Positions 1 through 8,095 of a DNA stretch of 31,438 nt are shown piece after piece (the stretch's first letter is position 1; each line of letters opens with the position of its first letter). Location of the stretch: contig JAFVOV010000067.1 in the NCBI GenBank assembly GCA_017505675.1, forward strand, positions 1 to 31,438, given 5' to 3'. Origin of the DNA: Clostridia bacterium (GTDB lineage Bacteria; Bacillota; Clostridia; Christensenellales; Borkfalkiaceae). A model generated the notes under the pieces. That model searched no databases and had not been told where the DNA came from. It worked only from the letters and a program-made list of their open reading frames with translations. The position numbers and the translations under genes are program-made.

Positions 1-1338
1 ATTATTTTGTGAATCAGCAGATGTGCCATAAGTCATACCCGTTATGAGCATGCGCGTGGTAAATTCAGTTTCACCTGCACTTTTGCTTAATAAAGCCAAC
101 GAACCTTTTTCTTCAGTAGTCGCGTTATAAGGCGTATATTCAAGTCTTATAGTGCTACCTGCAAGCATATATCTCATCGGGTTTTCAATATCATGTTCTA
201 CCGTACCGTTCCAAGAATCACCAGCAGTTGCACTTGCAAATTGAATGTATCTATGGAACATTATACCTCCATCCATATATTGATTTGTTGCAAAATACAT
301 TACAACACCAAATTGAAACGGATACTTCTCAAAACCATTTACAATTTCAAATTCTTGAACTAGTTTTTCTCCTTCAGGTATAGAAACGCTAGGTGCTAAA
401 ACGTAAGCACCAGAAGTTGTATTAGCAGATTCAACAGAACTTACTACTTGTTCTGCTTTAACCGAATAAGTAGTTCCCGTATACGCAAAAGCCATACCGA
501 TTTCATCATAAATATAAGTACCGCAATTATTAGCGTTTTCTGCTTCTTTACCGTCTTGAGAGTAAAGTAAATTTGCGCCGTGCGTAGTAGTTATTGAATA
601 ATCAGTTATTGATATACCGCTAGTACCGTTACCATTAAAATAAAACCAAATTTGAGAATCTCTGCTAACAGTTGTTGGTAAATCACTTGCCCTAACGCCA
701 GATATCCATTCTTTTGTTCCTGCAGGTCTAAAAGAAATTTCAAACACACCCAGTTCAGTTTCACTTTGCGCAGGAGTAAATACTGCTTTAACTTCATTAC
801 CAGAAGCATATATAGTTGCAGCAGAAACGTTAGCATTAGTGATGCCTTTAGAATCAGTTGCGCCTGCTTTAGTATAAGAACTAGCATTATTTGCTGTTGT
901 CGTATATCCACCTGCACCATTGTGATACCATGCAACCGCTCCTGATGAACTTGACGGACTTGAAGTAGGTATACCGTCGCGTCTAGCAAGCAACATCCCG
1001 TGTTGATTACCTGCACGAGTAAAACTTAAAACAGTAAATTTCATAATTAAAGATTCACCGTCTTGTAAAGTCTTTTGGCGATTCGGTCCGATAATGACCG
1101 GGTCTGAAGACCCTGGTGATACAGTCGTAAAAGTATACTTTACGCCATCGTCATCTTTGACAGTTTCAACCGTTGCGGTATCACCCGTATCAAATGGCGT
1201 TACGACGTTTGCGCCCGACGTGTTCGACAAGTTACCTAACGGGGTTTCACTAGGTCCCAAGTCTACTATTACAGGTAACAGTAGACAAAAGCATGCTACT
1301 ATTAAGCCCGTAATGAAAGTAACAAGTAACTTTTTCAT
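1..1338 (-). CDS. Large secreted/surface protein with beta-sandwich (lectin-like) repeats; 3' part runs off the window (446 codons visible; not in ORF track)
   Basis: Manual translation from ATG at 1338 (AGGAGG RBS at 1348-1353) is stop-free to base 1: MKKLLVTFITGLIVACFCLLLPVIVDLGPSETPLGNLS...EVKAVFTPAQSETELGVFEISFRPAGTKEW...TIRLEYTPYNATTEEKGSLALLSKSAGETEF... Hydrophobic N-terminus; Ser/Thr/Gly/aromatic-rich beta-type sequence. Confidence 0.85.
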   Translation of the reverse strand, partial: MKKLLVTFITGLIVACFCLLLPVIVDLGPSETPLGNLSNTSGANVVTPFDTGDTATVETVKDDDGVKYTFTTVSPGSSDPVIIGPNRQKTLQDGESLIMKFTVLSFTRAGNQHGMLLARRDGIPTSSPSSSSGAVAWYHNGAGGYTTTANNASSYTKAGATDSKGITNANVSAATIYASGNEVKAVFTPAQSETELGVFEISFRPAGTKEWISGVRASDLPTTVSRDSQIWFYFNGNGTSGISITDYSITTTHGANLLYSQDGKEAENANNCGTYIYDEIGMAFAYTGTTYSVKAEQVVSSVESANTTSGAYVLAPSVSIPEGEKLVQEFEIVNGFEKYPFQFGVVMYFATNQYMDGGIMFHRYIQFASATAGDSWNGTVEHDIENPMRYMLAGSTIRLEYTPYNATTEEKGSLALLSKSAGETEFTTRMLITGMTYGTSADSQNN

Positions 1339-1419
1339 AAAAGTTTTCCTCCTTGCCTATTTTATAGGCTAATTTTTTTATACAACGGTGTGCAGAGCAC
1401 CGTTAATACCGTTTTTATT

Positions 1420-1516
1420 TGTCACTCTGAAACGCGCCCACTTGACCGACTTTTGAAGAGTCTTTTTGTTAAGATTCTTCCGTTGCCCGTCTTTGCTTGC
1501 CCGTGTCAGAATGACA
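1420..1516. repeat. Imperfect palindromic (REP-like) element A
   Basis: Outer arms tgtcactctga (1420-1430) / tcagaatgaca (1506-1516) and inner arms gaagagtctt (1455-1464) / aagattcttc (1471-1480), each pair with one mismatch. Confidence 0.8.
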
Positions 1517-1521
1517 GTTGA

Positions 1522-1800
1522 TTAAAAATTTAATGATAAATCTTCTCTATTGAAATTTTGAGAATCTATCAACTTTTCTTTTTTTAAGCGCGTATACCCT
1601 TTAATTTGTTTCTCTCGCTCTATAGCCGATTTAACATCAGACGTTGTTTCAAAATAAACTAATTTATTAACGTTGTACTTTTTTGTAAACCCTTCTATAA
1701 GTTTATTTTTATGCTCATATATACGTCGTTCTAAATTATTTGTTATACCAACGTATAAAACTTTATTATTCCAATTTGCAAGTATATACACGTAATACAT
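1522..1800 (-). CDS. Stand-alone GIY-YIG nuclease family protein (UPF0213/YhbQ-like)
   Basis: YYVYIL...LYVGITNNLERRIYEHK...GFTKKYNV.KLVYFE....AIEREKQIK: GIY-YIG motifs with conserved Arg, His and Glu. The usual C-terminal NP.W.DL motif reads NFNREDL. No strong RBS. Confidence 0.9.
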   Translation of the reverse strand: MYYVYILANWNNKVLYVGITNNLERRIYEHKNKLIEGFTKKYNVNKLVYFETTSDVKSAIEREKQIKGYTRLKKEKLIDSQNFNREDLSLNF

Positions 1801-1816
1801 AATTTTTCTATTTTCT

Positions 1817-1863
1817 AGATTACTTCGTTTGCCCGTCTTTGTTTACCCGTGTCAGAATGACAG
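1817..1863. repeat. Half palindrome; direct repeat of the right arm of element A
   Basis: agattacttcgtttgcccgtctttgtttacccgtgtcagaatgacag matches 1472-1517 at 42 of 47 aligned positions (manual alignment). Confidence 0.85.
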
Positions 1864-1880
1864 GTTTATTTTTAATTCCT

Positions 1881-1991
1881 TGTCATTTTGAGAATTGCTC
1901 TCTTGACCGACTTACGAAAAATCTTGTTGTTAAAATTCTTCCGCCATCCATCTTCGTTTGCCCATCTATGTTAGAACCACTCGTAATGACG
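1881..1991. repeat. Degenerate palindromic element C of the same family
   Basis: Arms tgtcattttgag (1881-1892) / ctcgtaatgacg (1980-1991); inner gaaaaatctt (1916-1925) / aaaattcttc (1932-1941); shares the exact cttgaccgactt motif (1902-1913) with element A (1441-1452). Confidence 0.75.
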
Positions 1992-1998
1992 GTTGATT

Positions 1999-3300
1999 TT
2001 ATTTATCTAGCCCAACGATTACCAACGCTGCGTGACCTGCAGGCAACTTAAAGCGTACCTTATCAGAATCAAGCGTACGTGTACGCATATTGTTTACAAC
2101 GGTTAAGTTTACCTTTTCAGTAAAGTTAAGCGTTACGAACGCTTCGTTTACTATATCGTTATTAACAACGTAATACATATCGTAAGTTTGAACATCAGTC
2201 TTATAATAATCAAAGCAACCAACGAAAAGGTTTCCACCCTTAAAGGACTTTAACTTACCAAATGATTCAATGCGTTCTTCTTCATTAGGTATTTCTCCGT
2301 TAGGTGTAACACCGCAATACATATAACCTTTAAAGTCACTATTAACCACGTACTCATCAATATATTTGATATGTTCGTTACACTTTTTACCAAGGTGATA
2401 AGACGGAGTTTTGTTCCCCCACCAGTCAATAAAGCCTTGCGCGTTAAATTCTCGGTTAGGTGAACTGGTCCAGTAGCAATAATACGCTAAACCTTTGGTG
2501 TTATAAGCAAGCGCCATATTTACCTGCCACATAAGTTCGCCCAAAGTAAGCCTACGCGTACCACCGCCCCAAACGCTGATTTGAATAAAGCAGAAAAGCG
2601 GATTTTCTTTTTCACGCGCATACTTATATGCTAAATGAAGTTGTAAAAAGTAGTCCTTTAACACGTTGGGGAACTTACCTATACAGGGGTAGAAGTCGTA
2701 AGAGAAAACTTCAGGGTCGGCAATTTCATTATACATTTTGTAATATTTTTCAATATCACCGTCGTCAGGTAATCCACCGCCTTTCTTATAATCGTATACC
2801 GCACCGTTAGGAATTGCCCAATGTGGCGAATAAGTTTGCAAAAGGTTGATATAGTAAAGTTTATCAGGATAAACTTCCTTAAACGCCTTTTTTAATCTGC
2901 CGAATTTTTCCCAGTCAACGTAACCGGGTTCATCAATAACGTGCAAACCAGCAAACGCTTTATATTTTTCAAGTTTTTCATAATTGCTCTTGAACCACTT
3001 TTTAGCGTCTTCATGGCTACGGTCATAGATGTTTTTGTGGTCTTTAACAAGTAAGTTCATACCCCTTTTTTCCATATGCTCTATAATATCCATAACGATA
3101 TCGTCAGTATCTAAATTTAGGAAATAGTAGGTATTAAGTAAGGTGTTAAAGCCCGCATCTTTCATATCGTCAAATGCTTCGTCAATAGTTACGTCGTGTA
3201 TAACCCACGCGTCAGGCCCGTAAAAACGCGGTTCAACGTACGCGCCGATTACCATTTCATCTTCACCGAGATTTGGGAAATTAAATTTTTTAGGTTTCAT
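1999..3300 (-). CDS. Putative glycoside hydrolase, (beta/alpha)8 barrel with C-terminal beta domain, cytoplasmic; family unassigned
   Basis: Motifs GLHVIDEPG, YINLLQ, FSYDFYP, FCFIQ, WQVNMALAYNTKGLAYYCYW; no signal peptide; paralogous to 6551-8095. Confidence 0.7.
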   Translation of the reverse strand: MKPKKFNFPNLGEDEMVIGAYVEPRFYGPDAWVIHDVTIDEAFDDMKDAGFNTLLNTYYFLNLDTDDIVMDIIEHMEKRGMNLLVKDHKNIYDRSHEDAKKWFKSNYEKLEKYKAFAGLHVIDEPGYVDWEKFGRLKKAFKEVYPDKLYYINLLQTYSPHWAIPNGAVYDYKKGGGLPDDGDIEKYYKMYNEIADPEVFSYDFYPCIGKFPNVLKDYFLQLHLAYKYAREKENPLFCFIQISVWGGGTRRLTLGELMWQVNMALAYNTKGLAYYCYWTSSPNREFNAQGFIDWWGNKTPSYHLGKKCNEHIKYIDEYVVNSDFKGYMYCGVTPNGEIPNEEERIESFGKLKSFKGGNLFVGCFDYYKTDVQTYDMYYVVNNDIVNEAFVTLNFTEKVNLTVVNNMRTRTLDSDKVRFKLPAGHAALVIVGLDK

Positions 3301-3347
3301 CTTGATTTATTCCTTTTACTTTTTTTTAATGGTTATGTCACAAAAAA

Positions 3348-3487
3348 TGACTGATTAGTAATTTTTACGTTTTAGCGAGAAAAATACAAAAAGGACGAGT
3401 GTTCTTGTAAGGGCGCATACCCTTTGCGGTCTGTAACCGCGCAAAACACGAAGTAATTTGTAGTATTTTTCCGCTAAAAATTAGTCA
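3348..3487. other. Multi-stem structured intergenic element (possible RNA processing/stabilising element or attenuating terminator)
   Basis: Nested pairings: tgactgatt/aattagtca, ttttagcg (3370-3377)/cgctaaaa (3472-3479), gaaaaatac (3379-3387)/gtatttttc (3463-3471), gtgtt/aacac, enclosing two hairpins aaggg..ccctt (3409-3424) and gcggt..accgc (3426-3440). A U6 tract follows on the minus strand (3342-3347). Confidence 0.6.
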
Positions 3488-3491
3488 GGGT

Positions 3492-6400
3492 TTATGACAT
3501 AGCCTTTTTAATTAAATTATTATTTACTGCAAGCGCATCAATTAACTTAATTGCGTTTTTATACCCCCTTGCGCTTTTTACCCTTACGGTAAACGGAGTT
3601 TCTTTGAACGCTTTTTTACTTGATAAATCTCTTTGGAAATAAGCGTTAAAGTTAAACGCGTCAACGTCAAGCGCCAAATGCAATCTTAACGTTTTGCCAA
3701 CTATAGTAAGTTTTGCTATAAGTTTTCTGCCGTTTCTTATTGAAATGCCTTTAAGCGATTCTCTAATAGAAACGCGCTTATATTCGCCAAACTTTTCTTT
3801 AATTAAGTTATAGTAGCCTAAAACTTCTTCCGATAGCCTTGTTAATTTTTCGCTAAACGGAACGTGGCTTTTACTAAAACCGCTGAATTTATCTTCTGTG
3901 CCGTCAGCCTGTTCCGTTTCTATAGAACTTGAACTTTCATCTTCAAAGTCTTCGTCGTCAGCAAATTCTTCCGCCTGTTCTTCTTCATCAGCAGTTTCTT
4001 CTATAGAGCCGTCACCACCAACGTCTTCAGTAACGGATTGTTCCGCCGCCGCTTGCGCTTCTAATGCCTTTTGCGCTTCAAAAGCTTCGCGCAGTTCTTT
4101 TATTTTTGCCTTACCTGCGCCCGTTGGCGAATCTCCGCTTCCGTCACCGTTATTTACGAACAACAGCGCCGCCGCAACTAAAACGATAAACACACCGAAT
4201 ATGATATAAGCGGTAATTTCTTTATTAGGTTCAACGTTATCAATGGTGCTAAACTCAATTCTGATATTAACGTCATTATCCGGCATAACGAAGGTAAACG
4301 TGCCGTTTTCGCCAAGCGTGATATCTACGCCCCTAACCGTGTAACGCGCTATTGCGTAACCGGGCTTGGGTTTAACGGTTATAGTAACGGTATCGCCGTA
4401 TTGCTTACTACCAGAACCTAAAACCGTACCTTGACTAGTATCGGAAACACCAACGACTACTTTGTGGGTGCTGTTTACAAAATACGCCGTCGCGTAAATT
4501 CTGCGGTTTGTTGCGTTAAACACAACCGTTCTATCTTCTGCGTTTTGAACGTAATCCGTTCCCACGCCTTCAACAACCCACCTTGAGAAAGTTTTTCCAA
4601 CGGGTGGAGCGGGCGCTGCTAAAGTAACTTCAGAATTAGCCGTTACAGTACGTTCAATAGTTTCACCGCTTATTCCGTCGTAGATAAATACCCTGTATTT
4701 TTCCACTTCAAATTCCGCAGTAATGTTCATACTTTCGGAAAGTTCAATATTAACGTTTAATGCGGTGGATATTTCGTTATTACCGTTTTTCCACGACCAG
4801 AACGCAAAACCCGTTTCTTCTTTTGCCATAAGTGAAATTGTTTCACCCGCAAAGTACGTTCCCGAAACAGTTAAAACCGAACCGAACGCAGTTGAATTTC
4901 CGTCAATGAGTTTGGTATTAAATTCCACGTTTACAGCCACAGCGTCAATAGGTACGAAAACCGCTTCTATTTTAATTCCGCCAAGTTCGCTTGTGTAATT
5001 ATAATTTTCATTATTATCTAAACGCAAACGGTAAGTTTCACCGTCAGAACTTTCAATAAGTTTATACCAACCTGCAAATTTAGCACCACTATTAGCCGTT
5101 GCTTTAAACGCTATTGCCGTGCCGATTTCTAACTTTCCGCGCAAAACGTTTTCAGTTAAAACAAGTGGTGCGCCCGTAATCGTTCCGTCACCCGATACCG
5201 TTACGGTATGATGATATTTGCGCTTTGATACTTTTGCGTAATAGTTAAAACCGTTTTCCGCAGTATTTACCGTTACCACTAATCTATAGTTTGCGCCCGC
5301 GTAATACTCACGGATAGAAACTATATCTTCAACGCCCTCAACTTCATTATTAAGGTCGGAAATCGCGGAAAGGGTAATATCCATATCCGTCCACTCATAT
5401 TTAGCGTAAGAATCGTTAAAGGTTAGTTCTTGTAACTTTATACTCTTTGGCGTTATTTCCGTTGAATAAGTATTGTCTTTATACCAAACACCGCTATTTT
5501 CTTCGCCGTAAATATAACCGTCTTTAAGCGATAAATAAAGGTCGATATCGCTATTTGCAGCCGCCGTTGACTGGGTTATTTTAGAAACGTATTGTCCGCC
5601 GTAATATTCACCGTAATCACTTGGCGCGTCAACTGCAGTTGTAACATTGTTGCCGTCTTCGCTGATAATGCTTAAATTATCAATAAGATAATCGCCACCG
5701 CAAGTACCAAATCCAAAATAGCCTGCGTTCATATCACGCGATTCGGGATAACAAGTTCTGCCCAAAAATCTCCAACCGCTTTGGTCTTCGCTCTTTAATT
5801 TCATATAGCAAGATGCAAAATTATCTCTTACTATAAATTTTAATGAAAACCAAGTGTCAACAACGTCACCGCCGTCGGTCATAAAGTATCTGCCCATATC
5901 GCGTTCGATACCAGTTTCTTCACTCATTTCCGTAAGCCCTGCGCCTGTATTCGCGCTTGACTGATACTGGAAGTAAATATCGTTAGTATCCGCTTCTCTC
6001 GTTCCGCCGTCACTAGTTGGAACGCTATCTGACCTGGTACCTTTACCCTTTTGAACGTGTAAGAACAGTTGCCTATCACTATTTAAGCCCTGTTCGTTTC
6101 TTCTTGCGAAAAGCGCTAACCAACTTGACGATATACCAGAACCACTAATCTGATAAAAATCAAAGGTCGCGATAAAGTTTTTAACTTTGAAGTTTTCCGC
6201 TTCGTAAACTACTTTATGGTCAGTACCGGTACTACCGCTTTTCGGTGAAGTATCCATTCTTAAAACCTGACCTTCCGCGCCGTAAGCGCTTGCTTCCGAT
6301 TCAGATAAAACGGAAATTCTGCCCGCTTCGGTGGAGTCAAAATATACGCCCCAACTACCGAAACTAGTTTTTCCACTTGATACGTCTTGATAAAAGGGCG

Positions 6401-6548
6401 TGTATCCGCTAAAATCTTCAGTAAACACGTTACTTTCAACCACCGCCGTTGCTTGCGCACTAGGAACAACCGCCACGCCTAAAGCAACTGAAACGCAAAG
6501 AGTTAAAGATAGAGCGGTAAGCAAGGCTTTTTTAATAAAACTTTTCAT
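3492..6548 (-). CDS. Single-pass membrane protein: signal peptide, ConA/lectin-like domain, about 4 divergent InlB-B/Flg_new-type repeats, TM helix, acidic linker, cytoplasmic C-terminal domain
   Basis: N-terminal MKSFIKKALLTALSLTLCVSVALGVAVVPSAQA; GYFGFGTCGGDYLIDNLSII (jelly-roll end motif); repeats such as GETISLMAKEETGFAFWSW and GDTVTITVKPKPGYAIARY; TM AYIIFGVFIVLVAAALLFV; E/D-rich tract; basic C-terminal domain (AKLTIVGKTLRLHLALD). Confidence 0.8.
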   Translation of the reverse strand: MKSFIKKALLTALSLTLCVSVALGVAVVPSAQATAVVESNVFTEDFSGYTPFYQDVSSGKTSFGSWGVYFDSTEAGRISVLSESEASAYGAEGQVLRMDTSPKSGSTGTDHKVVYEAENFKVKNFIATFDFYQISGSGISSSWLALFARRNEQGLNSDRQLFLHVQKGKGTRSDSVPTSDGGTREADTNDIYFQYQSSANTGAGLTEMSEETGIERDMGRYFMTDGGDVVDTWFSLKFIVRDNFASCYMKLKSEDQSGWRFLGRTCYPESRDMNAGYFGFGTCGGDYLIDNLSIISEDGNNVTTAVDAPSDYGEYYGGQYVSKITQSTAAANSDIDLYLSLKDGYIYGEENSGVWYKDNTYSTEITPKSIKLQELTFNDSYAKYEWTDMDITLSAISDLNNEVEGVEDIVSIREYYAGANYRLVVTVNTAENGFNYYAKVSKRKYHHTVTVSGDGTITGAPLVLTENVLRGKLEIGTAIAFKATANSGAKFAGWYKLIESSDGETYRLRLDNNENYNYTSELGGIKIEAVFVPIDAVAVNVEFNTKLIDGNSTAFGSVLTVSGTYFAGETISLMAKEETGFAFWSWKNGNNEISTALNVNIELSESMNITAEFEVEKYRVFIYDGISGETIERTVTANSEVTLAAPAPPVGKTFSRWVVEGVGTDYVQNAEDRTVVFNATNRRIYATAYFVNSTHKVVVGVSDTSQGTVLGSGSKQYGDTVTITVKPKPGYAIARYTVRGVDITLGENGTFTFVMPDNDVNIRIEFSTIDNVEPNKEITAYIIFGVFIVLVAAALLFVNNGDGSGDSPTGAGKAKIKELREAFEAQKALEAQAAAEQSVTEDVGGDGSIEETADEEEQAEEFADDEDFEDESSSSIETEQADGTEDKFSGFSKSHVPFSEKLTRLSEEVLGYYNLIKEKFGEYKRVSIRESLKGISIRNGRKLIAKLTIVGKTLRLHLALDVDAFNFNAYFQRDLSSKKAFKETPFTVRVKSARGYKNAIKLIDALAVNNNLIKKAMS

Positions 6549-6550
6549 TT

Positions 6551-8095
6551 TTAAGCCCTCCTATCCAGTTTTAACGCAAACCCTTCGCCTGCGCCGAGAT
6601 TTACTGTAAGTTCATTTTTATTTTCAAATGAAATTCTTTCAGCGTTTACAATGTATTCGCCACTAACCGCTTCGGTAAACTGAATAGTAACGTTTCCGTC
6701 GCTAGTAATGGTGTTGTTTACAACGTAATAAACTTCATAAGGAACTTCCGTTACAAACGGGTCTACCACGTTATTTTCATAATAGTTCATGCAACCAATT
6801 AAATGCGGTACGCCTGCGCTTGATGCAATTCTTCCGTAAGTTTTTACGGGATTAAAGTAACTAGGCATAGTTTCACCGTTCGGTGTTACACCCGACTGAA
6901 TAACTGCTTGAAGGGTGCAGTTTAAGAGCCATTCGTCAACCGCAAGCACTTGCGCGTTTACTTTTTGACCGTCGTAATAAGAACGGTTTTTATAACCTTC
7001 TATCGTAACCATACTGTTGCTATCATTACCGTTTGAAGAATTATAAGTATAATATTGTAAACCTTTCGCGCCAAGCGCTAAAGACGTGTTTGCTTGCCAA
7101 GCGATTTCTGAATAAGTTACGTCACGCCCACCGCCCCAGTCTGAAACTTGAATAAACGTCCAGAACGGAACGCCTGCTTCACCAGCGTAAGACGCGTTAT
7201 CTGAAAACTGTTTAATAATCGCCATCTGTTTGAAATATTCACCAAGCAACGACGGGAACGCGCCAACACAGGGATAATAGTCATAACAAACAACCTGTGG
7301 TTTTACGTCATCCATATAGTACTGATAATATTTCATATAATCAAGGTCGTGCTTGCCGTGAAGGTGTCCGTCAGGTCCTTCAGGGAACGCCCAAGACGGT
7401 GAATATATAGGTAGCAAGTTTACAAAGAACAATTTACTGTTCATTGCGTTTTCAAAATACTCACGCGCTTTAGGCATTTGAGAATTTACTTGCCAGTCTA
7501 AATAACCCGGTTCGTCAGCAACGTGTAAGCCTGCAAACGACTTCATTTTATAATATTTATTAAGGTCTAAATATAAGGTCTGCGTTGCTTCTTCTTGACT
7601 ACTAACCTTGTTCGGAAGCGAGTTTATTCCGCCGTGCTTTAGTAGCATCAAAAACCCTAATTGTTCAGCGTAACCCATCATCTCTTCAATAATGGTGTTT
7701 GTATGGAAATAATTAACGCAAGTCATAATATTGCAACCGGAAAGAGCAAAATCAGTAAGCGCTTCTTCCATAGTAATCTTAAAACGCGGGTCGTCTACTT
7801 TCGGTTCTATATACGCGCCGATAGGCATAACGTTTTCACCTAAACTGTTATAAGTAAACTTCGCTGCGTATCTTTGAACGTCTGGCGAGTTAATTGCGTT
7901 TTCTTTTGCAAGTTCGTCTTCCGTCTTATAGTTGAACTCACCGTCTTGATTGTATTCAAACAGGTTATCTTCACCATCTTGAGTAAGAACGCTGTTACCA
8001 ACGATAATACTTTGTGTATAAGTTCCCGCAGAACACCCGCCAAGAAGTAAAGAAAATGCAAGAACGAAACATAAAAGTCTGTTTTTTCTTCTCAT
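6551..8095 (-). CDS. Putative glycoside hydrolase lipoprotein, paralog of 1999-3300
   Basis: Lipobox LLGG-C at residue 21; motifs IGAYIEP, GLHVADEPG, FVNLLP, VCYDYYP, WTFIQ, WQANTSLALGAKGLQYYTY. ATGA overlap with the upstream permease gene. Confidence 0.75.
   Translation of the reverse strand: MRRKNRLLCFVLAFSLLLGGCSAGTYTQSIIVGNSVLTQDGEDNLFEYNQDGEFNYKTEDELAKENAINSPDVQRYAAKFTYNSLGENVMPIGAYIEPKVDDPRFKITMEEALTDFALSGCNIMTCVNYFHTNTIIEEMMGYAEQLGFLMLLKHGGINSLPNKVSSQEEATQTLYLDLNKYYKMKSFAGLHVADEPGYLDWQVNSQMPKAREYFENAMNSKLFFVNLLPIYSPSWAFPEGPDGHLHGKHDLDYMKYYQYYMDDVKPQVVCYDYYPCVGAFPSLLGEYFKQMAIIKQFSDNASYAGEAGVPFWTFIQVSDWGGGRDVTYSEIAWQANTSLALGAKGLQYYTYNSSNGNDSNSMVTIEGYKNRSYYDGQKVNAQVLAVDEWLLNCTLQAVIQSGVTPNGETMPSYFNPVKTYGRIASSAGVPHLIGCMNYYENNVVDPFVTEVPYEVYYVVNNTITSDGNVTIQFTEAVSGEYIVNAERISFENKNELTVNLGAGEGFALKLDRRA

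Noticed and set aside
606-1372. Track ORFs 606-1016 (-) and 1094-1372 (+)
   Set aside because: Out-of-frame and antisense shadows of the longer 1-1338 ORF, which has the RBS and signal peptide.
1420-1991. Possible CRISPR array or IS element
   Set aside because: Repeats are few, irregularly spaced and palindromic without unique spacers; no cas gene or transposase is present.
1839-2051. 70-aa plus-strand ORF
   Set aside because: Runs through the palindromic repeats and the end of the glycosidase gene; no RBS or protein-like features.
3900-4110. E/D/A-rich low-complexity tract as a tandem repeat
   Set aside because: No periodic DNA unit; explained as a disordered protein linker.
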